Shown one piece after another: positions 47,221 to 60,600 of a stretch of 64,000 nt of DNA; the stretch's first letter is position 1, and every line of letters starts with the position of its first letter. Source of the stretch: Mytilus trossulus (lineage: Eukaryota); assembly GCF_036588685.1 (NCBI RefSeq), contig NC_086379.1:83018001-83082000 (forward strand). The letters are read 5' to 3'. The notes below the pieces were generated by a model. The model was not told the origin of the DNA. It saw only the letters and a list, made by a program, of their open reading frames with translations, and searched no databases. Both the position numbers and the translations under genes were made by a program.

Positions 47221-50200
47221 GTTACAAATTATCAACGAACATAACGCTTGTTGCCGCCTATCTTTATATTTCGGAATTAATTATACAATTCAATTCCCTT
47301 ATTTAATCTACACATCAATCTCATTTTAAAAAAGCCAAAGCAAAAACAAAAATACCCTCCACCCCCAAAAAAGAGAAAAAAAAAACACCAATACAATAGC
47401 CTGCAGTATCAAAGTGATTGTGAGGAAAAGAAATATATACATGACAGGTTTTTCTGACCGATAGTAAAAACTTTGCTTAATATTTAAATATAAAAAACGT
47501 GAAAACACCTTCCACTTAACCAATAAGAGTAATTGCACACTAAACTAGAAAAACAAGGTAAAAGGCATGTGGTTTATTCTAGGCCAAACTACCGTTTCCA
47601 TTTTTAAAATTGTCTCTCCATGCACGCAAGCAAACTTGAACAACAATATATTATAAAATTATCAATAATTATACAACTTACACGTTAAAGAAATGACTGT
47701 AAAACACGGAAGTAACACTGAAAAAGTGTATCCAATTCAAAACCTTCCAACTGTTGCTGTCAAAATAGTTTTTACTTCACGCTATAGTATTCATTTCCTG
47801 ATATTTGTTTTCCAATACATTTAAATCATTCTCGGGTGACATTATCTCTTTCAATTACACATTTTTAATGGCCCGAAATGTGTTTTTTAATCTAAATTAA
47901 ACCAATAATGATTACCAAACAAATTTAAACTATATAGGTATAAGAAGACGCAACACTATGACCAAGGCAACTTCCAAAGAGTTTAAATAGCTATAGACCA
48001 CTGTTTTCAACAATGAACAAACACCATAACTGGTATAAAATTAAACAGGCCCCGGCATGCCAAAACAAAACTACCCAGTTAGAGAAAACATATCAAGTAA
48101 CTTCAAAGTTATGTTCTTTACTAGAATAATACAAGTTATTGGTGATGTTTTTCCATTGATTTTAGTTTGTAACAAGGATTTTTTTTTTCAATCGATTTAT
48201 GACTTTTGAACAGCCGTATGCTACTGTTGCTTGTATTTGATTTTAAAAATTGTGACTTGGATAGAGAGTTGTCTCATTGGAAATCAGGCCATCTGTTCTT
48301 AACCGCTGTGGTTGGGTATAATTGTCATGAGTTATTTCATGTAATAGCAAGCAAGGTGTATTTAAACGAGAACATTGATAAATTGAATAAAGGAAACACA
48401 AATGCACGATTTATCATTTGTAGATGTACACCTTCTTTAAATATCATGTAGCAAATTCAGTGGAATGCCATTGAGATGAATTTAATTGTTTGTTACGCCA
48501 AAATCACATATAAGTCAACGATACTGCTATATTTTAAAATATCAATGCGATATTTGTCTTATATCATAGCGATGATTTTTTAATATTAAAAAATTAGGAA
48601 TGCGACACTTTTCTAATATTACTGCTATAGTTTTCTAGTATACATTGAATACGTTGACACGTCACAATGCATGTCAAGAAACTGCCAACATCATTCACAA
48701 ACTTAGATCATGACCGGTTTAATGTTTTAGGATTAATATTACTAAAATTTCGTAACTGTAACAAAATTAACACTTACATGAACTTATCATTTCAAAAAAT
48801 TTTCTTGACCCTATTGATAGTTGAAAGTGTTAATAATATGTTCAGTCTAATGTTTTAAATCACATGCTTTAACCGACTAACTAACATGTTTAACCCCGCC
48901 ACATTATTTATGTGTGTGCCTGTCCGAAGTCAGGAGCCTGTAATTCAGTTTTTATCGTTTGTTTATGTGTTACATATTTGTTTTTCGTTCATTTTTTTAA
49001 AATAAATAAGGCCGTTAGTTTTCTCGTTTGAATTGCTTAACATTGTCTTATCGGGCCTTTTATAGCTGACTATGTGGTATGGACTTTGCTCATTGTTGAA
49101 GGCCGTACGGTGACCTATAGTTGTTAATTTCTGTGTTATTTTGGTCTCTTGTGGACAGTTGTCTCATTGGCAATCATACTACATCTTATTTTTTATAATT
49201 CTATTTGAAGTTATGATGCAATGGCGGAATTTGAATTCGATTGCAAATACGTCTACGGACCTATTACATTATAATATACTAGTCACACTGCTATAGCCTT
49301 TCCACTTTGGTAATATCGAAATAGACAAAAATATCATTTCTTAAAAGGAACATTCATTCAAACAATCCAATCCAATACAGCTCCAAATTACAATAAATAG
49401 TCAAATGGTATAATCAATAATCCAAACAAATTAAAATGTACAAATGCTGATGTCCCGAACTTTGAAGATACCAACTGAGTAGCCTAAGACTATAAATTAG
49501 ACAACTTCAGATAAAACGAAAATCAAAAATCTTGTCAAACAGAAAATGTATTTATTATTAACATAGAAAAAGATATTGAGAAGAAAAACAGTTCTTTTTG
49601 GATATCAAAGACTTTTCCCGTTGGTTAATCGACATCTCTATGAACATAATCGTGTTTACATTGCGATGACCGTGAGGGCATACCGATGTATTGTTGCCAC
49701 AGAGATTTGCCACAGAGTTTTGGCTAGTAACCGACCGTATAAATACGCGAACATTTCTTAGTGCAAAATAACAATCCGTATCACTGGTTATACATTCATT
49801 TCTTCAATGAGTATTTAAAAAAAAATGTTTAGAACACAAATAAATAAGATGTAAATGTCTTTTGACGTTAGAAATGTGTATATATCTTTTCTATATTCAT
49901 ACATTTAGATCGTTCAATTGGAGGACTGGAAAGCAGTTATTTAGAAGGGGACATTTTAAAGATTTATATATAGATATAAGAAGATGGTGCATGAGTTCGA
50001 ATGAGACAACTTTCCATCAAAGTAATAATTTGTTTAAAGTAAACCAATTATAGATCAAAGTAAGTCTTTAAACACGGAGCCTTGGCTCACAGCGAACACC
50101 ACGTTATATAGGAACAAGAACATTGCTAGTGTTAAACCATTCAAACAGAAAACCAACGTTCTAATTTGTAAAAAAAAAGGAGATTCAAAAGTACAGGACA

Positions 50201-52179
50201 GATTTTGTCTAATCAATCTGAACGAGGACAGTATGATTTATCTAAGTCACAAGTTCGTTTCATTGTTATCCAATAAAAGTCTTCCATGCGAGCGTTGCGG
50301 GCATATCGGATATATATTATTTCTGTGCGTTCATTATAAAATTTGCGAAATGTTATATATGTGAACATTCATTTTGATACTCAGCTATTTGATTACGGCA
50401 TGGTTTATTAAACCCTTATTTGATTAGTTTTGCTTCCAAAAATAATTGAGAAATTTGTAAGATGTTACCAAAAACAATTTGAATTGAAGGAATGGTCTTA
50501 AAACTGCTTATTTACATACATTACTACTAAGAATTAAAATCACAAAAATACTGAACTCCGAGGAAATTCCAAACAGAAAGTCCCTTATTAATTGGTAAAA
50601 TCAAATGATAAAACACACCAAACGAATAGATAACAACTGTCATATATCTGACTCAGTACTGGTATTTGCAAGTTTTGAAAATGGTGGATTGAACCTGGTT
50701 TTATAGCGCTTAACCTCTCACGTGTATGACAGTCTCATCAAATTCTGTCATATTTACAACGATGGGTGAACAAAACAGACACAATAGGTAAAATTGTCAA
50801 AATATGGGTACAACAGTCTAATATTAATACTAATCGGTACTAATATTGATATCAGAAAAACACTGCTATGATATTTTAAAAGTATCGCATTGATATTTTA
50901 AAATCATCGCATTGTTTATTTATGTATATTAGAAAAACATAGCACTTCGAATTTAAAACGGACATAAACTTTAGGTTCTAACTAACTTCTCAATGTATAT
51001 TTAGACTCAATTGTTGTTTATATTTGAACAATAAGTTTTAAAGATAGTATTTTCTTAAGTTTTCGTTGCCGAAAACAACATTTTCCGCATGAAATGTCTG
51101 CATATTTACAATTGATATTAGACAACATCGCTTTGTGATATAAGAACATTTTTTATCGATACGCTTCTTCCATAGACTGATATATATTTCATTACAATAT
51201 TTAGATTAATTTATCAATCTGCTTGGCACTGGAAATGACATACATTAAGGTGAACGACCTACATGCATCGGTGATTTCATGTTCCTGGTATAACCAAAAG
51301 CGATAACTACCTATTAACTATCTAGTTAAAACAAGTTACTTATTCGATTACTTCGATGTTTATGCTTGAAGCTATAGAAATAGTCCTCAATCTTAAAAGT
51401 GTCCATTAGGAAATTAATAACTTTATCTATATATAACGTTGATCGAAATTTTGAAAGTTTAAATTTGAATGGCAACTCAATTTCCTTACTATGATTTTCT
51501 ACTCTGAAGTCAAAATTTAAACAATTAACAATTTTTCGTTTTTGAGTCTTATTAACATTTTGATACTCAGGTTGAATCCATCATTTTCTATATTCGAAAA
51601 TGCTTGCACCAAGTCGGGAATATGACAGTTGTTGTCCATTCGTTTGATGTGTTTTATCATTTGATTTTGCCATTTAATGCTACTAGGGACTTTCTGTTTC
51701 TAATTTCCCTGAGAGCTCAGTATGTTTGTGATTTTTAAAAATGTTCTTATCAATTGTCTATTTAGGATTCGGAAATTTTACATTTTTGTAAATTTAACCC
51801 CCGTCTTTCAAGAAACGTCACTGAGTCCCTTTTGAAGTACCAACGACTCGTCAAATACCCAGTATTGACACGAAAAATTAGGAATATTGTTAAGTATACA
51901 CGACATTGGACTTTTGAAGCAATGAAATTTTCAAACTGATCTGTGAAGAAACACGCTGGAAAGAAAAGAATGTTTCAGAGAAATTGGCTGATTTAATATG
52001 ACGGGCTTGTATAATCCCCTTCAAAAGAAAGAATTATTGTATGTATTATACTATTATATAATAGTATACTATATATCTATCACATTGATGAGTCCTTGTA
52101 GGCACCCATTTGTTCAGTAGCTGAAGTATAGTGCCTCGTTTCTATTTCAAGAATCAGCACTTATGCATTGTAAAATAAC

Positions 52180-52530
52180 ATGGAAAATGGAAAAGGGGAA
52201 TGTGTCAAAGAGAAAACAACCCGACCATAGAAAAAAACAACAGCAGAAGGTCACCAACAGGTCTTCGATGTAGCGAAAAAATCCCGCACCCGGAGGCGTC
52301 CTTCAGCTGATCACTAACCAATATATACTAGTTTAGTGATAATGAACGCCATACCAATTTCCAAATTGTACACAAGAAACTAAAATTAAAATAATACAAG
52401 TCTAACAAAGGCCAGAGGCTCCTGACTTGGGACAGGGGCAAACATGCGGCGTGCTTGAACATGTTTATGAGATCTCACCCTTCCCCCTATTCCTCTGGCC
52501 ATTGTAGAAAAGTAAACGCAAAACAATACG
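52180..52530. repeat. High-copy dispersed repeat (family unassigned)
   Basis: ggggaatgtgtcaaagaga.aacaacccgacc...gctcctgacttgggacagg; related pieces at ~13830, 23978 and 58920-59160. Confidence 0.7.
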
Positions 52531-54117
52531 GATAATTCATAAAAATCCTTTTTGTATATCATCAGGAATCATCATATGACTACAAAATGTATGTTTTTTC
52601 ATTGACTAAAAGTATAGGAAATCATCATTGATAAAAAGCATCGCTGGTAAATAATCACGTTTTAATTGGTTTAAAACTGTCACGTGATGACCACCTGTGT
52701 ATCAATGATGGTTAGAACATTTTGTTTGGGGTTCACGAAGTTGCGTCTACTGCAGAAAAGTTTAGCATGCAATACATTCGTTATACGGACCTTAGAAGGA
52801 AAATAAAATCCACAAGGCATTTCGCCTCTGGACTCACCCTCTAACCTTCCATGGATCCATAGGGGATCAGTAGCAAACTATATAAATTGTAATACTCACT
52901 GCAGTAAAAAATAGGTAAATACAAAATTTGGAAAAGCGTCCGTGTACCTAAATATAGATACTTCAATGACGTAGGTTTACGACGTCAAGTAAATTCCCGT
53001 TTTTTTTTCTTTTTCAATTGTTTTTGGTCCTTCTTTTTTTGTGTAAATTTGTTTTGAGTGAAAGTTATTGGATATTTCAACTTATATTAATTAGCAACTG
53101 CAAAACAATATGATATATTTAATATAAATCAGGGAGAAGTTTTATAAGTAAAAAAAAGTATCTTGAACAAATACTAGAAAAATGGAGAATGATAAAAAGT
53201 CATATCGTAAAACAATTGTTGACATTTGATTTCAATTGATTTCATTTATCAACGCAAGAGTTATGACATTCACCCTTGGCCTTCATATTTCGGGGTTGAT
53301 AAATCATTGTATTAACCTCATCCGATGTCAATAATTGTTTATTGTTACAATTCATTTCCGGAATGGCTGTAATATGTTTTCTGTCTATGAATAAATAGCA
53401 TAAAATGTGTGGTTCACAATGAATTACCCGCGTAGTCTGTAGAGAAATGCTAACATAAAAAAATTGTTGTGCACACTAAATAACCCGCGTATGTGATTTA
53501 TTTTTACATTTTATATTTCATTATAATATTTTGATATTTATCAATTTGTCTTTCACCGGCAATACCTCACATTAAGGTGAATGACTTACGTGCATCTTGA
53601 CATCTTAATCAGTGATTACATGTTCTATTAGCAACTTCTCGATTACCTCAAGGTATATACAAGACACTGAAGAGATGTTCTGTTGGTAAATAATATTTTT
53701 ATTAATTATATAATTTTATAACTTTGATCAAATTTTTAAAAATTAAAATTTGTATGGCAACTTAACTTCCTTCCTACGTTTTCTACTGTGATGCCAAAAT
53801 TCAAAGTATTATTTTCTTTCGTTTTTTAGTCTTATTAACATTCTTATCAATTGTCTATTAAGGTTTTGGGCATTTTATATTTTTTTGGTAATTTTGACTC
53901 TGTCCTTATTTTCTTTTTGAAGGTTCAGAATGAATTCTTGTTTGAACGAATACAAGAAAAATCGGCAAGTTGATTTTTTATTCTGATAGAATGTGGATTT
54001 TCATAGAATAAGAATTATTATATCCCAAAGCAAGAAATGTCTACGATTATACGAATGTTTTTCTTTTTTTTCTTTCAGACATGCTATGACGACCGTTCAT
54101 CTCGACTCAACGACAAC

Positions 54118-57100
54118 ATGGAACATTCTTGGCGATTAATTCATCGATGTAATACCATGATAAGAATTCTAATAGCTTATATACTTGTTATTTTGACTGT
54201 GTGTGTCTTAAATAAACTAAGATTTGTTTTAGAATTCAACGTATATGACAAAAGACATACAAACAGACCCATTGGATTTAACAGCTGGAAGTATCAAGAG
54301 AAGTACTGCCAACACAAAAGACAAAATACAAGTGGTGATGACATTCTGTGCATGGTTTGTATTTTAGTCAATTCTTATGTGAAATCTGATATCAATGTTT
54401 ATCGGAGATCTTTGTTATTGTCAAAAATAATCACATGTATTATAGACCCATATTGGTTAAGTATACTTTCTAGACACCCATCTGTTGTCGACGATATTTT
54501 TAATCATTGAGTTGCTCCGTGTATCCTTTATGACATTATAAATTTAGGATATGTGGAATAATTGCCAATGAGACAAATATCTAACCTGTTCAATGACATA
54601 GATTACATAGACTAAAGGTCATAGTTCGACCTTCCACAATGTGACAAAATGTTCAACAAAAAAAATTAAAAATATCATCAAATCGATTAAAGACAAATAA
54701 TAAACGGAACGCAAATGAAACTAACAGCCATGAACAGCATTAATGATATTCTGGAAAACAAACACATATACAATTTGGCAGGGTTAAACATGTTTGCCAG
54801 TAAACAATCCTTCCGTCCTCGTTCTCAATGAAGTAGTTTGCCGCTTTCTCTTCTTTCAAATCTGTAAAATGCAACGATTTGTTCATGAACTCTACACAAG
54901 ACACATTTTTTTAGAAACCATTTCAGTATTTGCCAAATTTTAAAAACCCTTGTTGGAGGGATGTGAGCCATACCATTAAATGTCTTCCATACTTTATGTT
55001 AATTGGGATAGACAAATCTGGAACAACGGATCTTTTCTCTAGAATAACCAAACATCCTGAAATAAAGGGGAACACTGGGAACCAAGAAAAAGAAACAAAA
55101 TGGTGGAGCTGGTTGAGATATGGTAAGTATTCCAAGTTACAGTTAATGCTAAGATCGAGTACGAACGCGCAAGCGCAGACGACGATTGACAGTTTTGAAA
55201 TGTATTTGTCAACGTGGTTTTCTATTTGTTCATTAGAATGAAGATAACATTTGGTACGTCCAGCTAACGCGTCGATAGTAAAGTTAATTTGCAACCTTCA
55301 TACCACCAATTGATGCCTTCGGAGCTTAAAATACAATACAGTTATCCCCTAATCACTTGTAATCCTAAGTCGTAGAATAAACACAGATTCGACTTGAATT
55401 GATTTTTTCAAGTAAATCTGGTTATTGATTTGGGGATGTACGGCGGGCGGTCGGTAAGGCGGCCGGGCGGGCGGCAATCAAATGTTGTCCGTGCATTAAC
55501 TCATGAACCGTTCAACCAAAGCTTTTAAAATTTCAATGTGTTGTTACTGATAACTAAATGAAGGTCAAGTTCAATAATGGCGATTTTGACTTTTACTGTT
55601 CAGGAGTTATAATTCTTGAAAGATTTAAAATGGAGTTTCCGTGAATTTACGCCAGAACGGTTCTACCAAAGCTTCCCAAATTTAAACATGTTGTCACTGA
55701 AGTAAAAATAGAGGTCAAGTTCAATAATGACGATTTTGACTTTTACCGTTCAAGAGTTATGGTTCTTGCAAGATTGAAAAATGGAGTTTCCAGTCGTGTC
55801 CGTGCATTTACACCAGAACTGTTCTACCAAAGCTTCCAAAATTTTAATAAAATCGTAAAATGCGTTTCCATTCACGTTGTTGCATTTACTCATGAATCAT
55901 TCAATCTAAGCTTTTTCAAATTTGAATATGTAGATACTGATGACAAAATGGAGGTCAAATTTGATATTGACGATTTTCACTTTCACCATTCATCAGTAAT
56001 GGTTCTTGTGATATTGCCAGGACACAAATAAATGTTGATAAATCCGGTTTGCTGTCGTTGTGACAGCCTCTTGTTATTCATTCAAATAGTGTGAATAATT
56101 ATGATTCAACTTTTCATTTTAAGTGTATTGAAAGACTTCAATCAGGAACTTATGAGGTTAGATAAGAAGTTGAAAATAACCTTTTACTTTACCTTCCGTT
56201 ATATAGACCATGTTCAAAATTTGATGTCTATGTTGAATCCATCTATCCCATGGAACTATAGATAAAGGGTACAACATATACAGCTATGTCTGCCTCATTT
56301 ATTGTCTTACATTGACAATGGAGTCGGTTGAAAACAAAACTAAAGAACCAAAAGAGATGATTTCAGCTTTCCAATTGTGAACTTCCCATTTCTATGTAGC
56401 AACATTCCATCAGCACATGCATACGGAGTATATATTTATCTTTCAATTGATACGATATTCCCGTCCTTGTATCTCCTATCATGATTTCCTTGATGGAGGG
56501 TTACTGCTCACAAGGAAGCTGTTAATCTAAGAGTTCGAAATCATGAAGTTGACATCATCCCTTCGTAAATTTCACGGATGCTGCTATGAATTAACCGTTT
56601 CACAGATAATATCCGACATGTTCTTTATGTCGTCGAATTAGACAATTTACCAGGTTTGTCTTAACATTAGCAACACGACGGTTGCCACATGTAGAACAGG
56701 ATCTGTTCACTCTTCCGGATCACCTAAGACAAGATATATTACTTGACAGAGAGTTTCTGCTTACAAGGAACCGGTTGAATCAAAGAGTTTTAAAACAGTG
56801 AATTTTGTTTGGACACCATAATGAGTTGATATACCGTTATGGATATTATTTCACAGAAGACAACGGATATGTTCCATTTATCATAATCACAACTCTGTCC
56901 TCTTTTTCGAATGTGACCTTCTAAATCGAGGTATGACCGTTTTTGTATTTACATGAGCAACACGATATCTGACGGAGCACGTGCGAACACTCATAGTTTT
57001 GTTTTGAGGGATTCATGTGCTATCTAAAATTTTTAAGGGTTGTATTTTTCGGTTTTCAATTTGTAATGGCTGTGATGTTTATACCGTTAACATTCTTGTT

Positions 57101-57620
57101 TATCCTTTGTCATGTAAAACGTGTTTCTATTTTGAATTTTCTCAGTCGGTCAAGTTTCAGGAATATATTATTGACTTGATCGATGGTTTATCAATTTGGC
57201 GATGTCTTAGGGTTTAACAGGATCCATTTACTAATCCGCTTTATAATAATCAAATGATGTATTCAACTGTAATATGACATTGATATTCATCAACCATGAA
57301 TGTCAGATTTATATCAAGAGTTTTGCTCTCGTTTGTTTTTACGGAAATAACATTTATATTGTAGTGCCAGAAACAACGTCATAGAGCTTTTATATCACTA
57401 CCAAGTTGCGTTAGTTGATGCGCATAAACAATAGGCTGTTTGGTATTTAAAGTTGTCCTTATAGTTCCAATTGTTTTTTTAGGTTTCTGGTTAAGACAGA
57501 ACGCAAAAAGACGACGACAAACCTTCTATGAGTACATATCATACTTTGATTCGTCAGCAGCACATATACGCAACACTGTAAATGATCAAGGATATCATAA
57601 CTTGATAACAGGTTAGTAAT

Positions 57621-57677
<57 letters not shown>

Positions 57678-60600
57678 TTCGTATAATTTATAACAAAAAC
57701 CCAGAGTGTTCTAATACCAAATAAGTATATCACTACAATATAATAGTTATTACGTTGACGTTGAATCACTTTCATTTTTTAATCACCCACACAGAATAAA
57801 ATATATCTATGCACCTTAACCAAACTTTCAGGTATATAAATATGATGTTTTTTTCTGAGACAAGTGCTCGTCACATACTACCAGAACTTGCGGTCATCCG
57901 ATGTTCAGTTCTTTAGTTCAACTTTAACGTTGTGATATCATGGCTTCTATGTACGTTTGTTCAAAAAGCATGTGTTCAGCTAAGGAAATTCGGAATTTTC
58001 GAGTTTAGTCTGACTGTATAAATTTGTGTTAAAATGAAATACTTACATTTTATATTTGATCGGAATAAATCGGTTCAACGAGTCTTTAATTTTAAGTATA
58101 CTGAATTTATGAACGTAGAGCTCGTAATAAAGCAGCTGATAGTAAGAAAATGAAATCGGATGCAATGAGATCCAAATATTTACTTACAAAATTGCAAACA
58201 TTTGCAAACCATATTAATATTTCACTTTTTCACTTTCATTAATGATTGAAAAAAAGTGCACCTTTAATAAAATAAAACCGAATTCATTTTGAAGTATTAA
58301 TCAATTAAACATATTATATTTGCTTAGATATGCAAAAGGTTTGAAGCACAAGTTAATCAAACTTAGATAGTCTTCTCCCTTGAACTATGCATGTATAAAT
58401 AAACCCTGCCACAGTTGCTAAAAGTGTGTTTCTTTTCAGGTGATGGCACTCCAATGGATATGTGGGATTATAGAGGATGGCCACAGATACCACAAAATCT
58501 ACATAAACCTGATCCAGAAATTCTTACTCCACATCTAATAAGACATATTAATCCAGACATGAAATTTATAATTATTTTACGAAATCCAATAGACAGGTAC
58601 TTGGATTTTAAAATGTTGGTCATTTGATAATTTAACAACAAAAAAATACTTTAGTGATTGCACAGAACTAACAATTTCCATCCGACTTGGATCTTCTAGC
58701 TTTGATTTGATGTTCATACTTCAAACGTTACTGTTATTGTTCATTGTGTCATTACTATATTTTAACATAAATTCTTATATAGGTGTAAAATTGTGTATAT
58801 GTATCATAAAAGCTGTATCGCTTTCGGAATAAAGTATTATTATTATTACTACGGTTCATAGGTCAACTATGTGTTGTTAATTGTGTAACTTATCGAATGC
58901 ATGAACTATAGCTTGCCCATCAACAAATATATTATTATATGCAAGAAACTAAAACTAAAAGTAATGCAAGACTAACAAAGGCTCGAGACTCCTGACTTGG
59001 GACAGGCGCAAATATGCGGCGGGGTTAAAGATGTTTTTTGAGATCTCAACCCTCCCCCTATACCTCTAGCCAATGCAAAAAAAAACAACAATCGAACGCA
59101 CGACAATACTCATAGTAAAACTCAGTTGAAGAAAATTCAGAGTCCGATGTCCGGATAGGTTATCTATATATTAACATAAAATGCAACATATTACGTTAAA
59201 CCTTATTTTTGATTATTTCCAGTGTATTACAAATATTTTTAGGTTTTTAATTGGATTGCTCTAGCTCACTATTTCACTGTAGATTATACTCGAACTACTT
59301 TTTTCATATGCCTTTCAAAATGTGTAATTATTTGTAGATTATACTCGGACTACTTTTTCCTAAAACGTGGTGTTCCAACAAGTGCTGCATTTGATGTTGC
59401 TGTCAATTCATCTATTCAGATCCTTAATGAATGTACTCGTGTAAACAGTCTCCGAAGATGCCTTTATGATGCAAATCATATATATAAATGGGTCGAAAAG
59501 GTACTTCTTTGAATATTTACTGATTTGTGTAATATATTGGAATTCGAAGGGTGTCATTTAAAAAAAGAGTTTTCTAGTTATATCCTTTTATAGCGTTAAT
59601 CCAATCGAGGCATCATGTGTTTCTATATTCCTCCATTTATCAATATTGAAATATTTTCCCTCAATTTAAGAGAATACGGTGACAGTAAATTATTGATATC
59701 TATTGCAAAAGAAATGACATTTTCCCTCAGAATTCTTTGGTGCGTTCCTGTTCATTTTATTTTTTTGCAAGTTTTTTTGCCAATTGTAAAATAAAGAGAT
59801 AAATAGAAATAAAAACATGTTTTAAATTTGATATAGAATGACAAACCAGGTAAACTTAAAAGAAATATGTTATTAAAAAGGGGATTTTTATATGCTTGAT
59901 ATGGAAAGTCACATTGAATCACCTAAAGCATCATGGATATATAGGTTGAATCTTGAATAAAAATATTGTCAGATGGCCATTTATAACTTTAAGATATTTA
60001 CATGGCTAAGAAGACATGCCTAGTTGTTAATATGAATATGGACTAGAATAAAATTGATCAATGTTTACCAAATATAACATAGTTATATAAAAATGTATCA
60101 AAAAGCTAGATGAAAGACGAAAAAGGAGGACAGACAGACAAATCAAAAACCTTATACGAAATTAGAAAACAATTTATTTGAGGAAATAACTACAATTTTG
60201 TGTAGATTAATTTTATTACAAAAGTGTATGTTTAAAACGGTAATTTTATTCTGATTTGAATTTTCGAAAAACTAAGGATTTTCTTATCCCAAGCATAGAT
60301 TATCCTAGCCGTATTTGGCACAACTTTTGGAGTTTTGAATCCTCAATGCTCTTCAAATTTGTACTTGTTTGGCTTTATGAATATTTTGATATGGGCGTCA
60401 CTGATGAGTCTTATGTAGACGAAACGCGCGTCTAGCGTACTACATTATAATCCTGGTACCTATATTGATAACTATTATTTATATAAATGATATTTTAAAA
60501 ATGGAGAAAATTCACAAAGTGAAATTTTCTATAAAAAAAAATTGACGATTAAAGCAAATAGATGAGTCAACACTCTTAAAAGCGCAATCCCAAAGGGATG

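Noticed and set aside
48500-50930. Possible TIR pair (tatcgcattgatattttaaaat inverted at ~48530 and ~50885)
   Set aside because: The match is short and AT-rich, with no clear ends, TSD or transposase between the copies.
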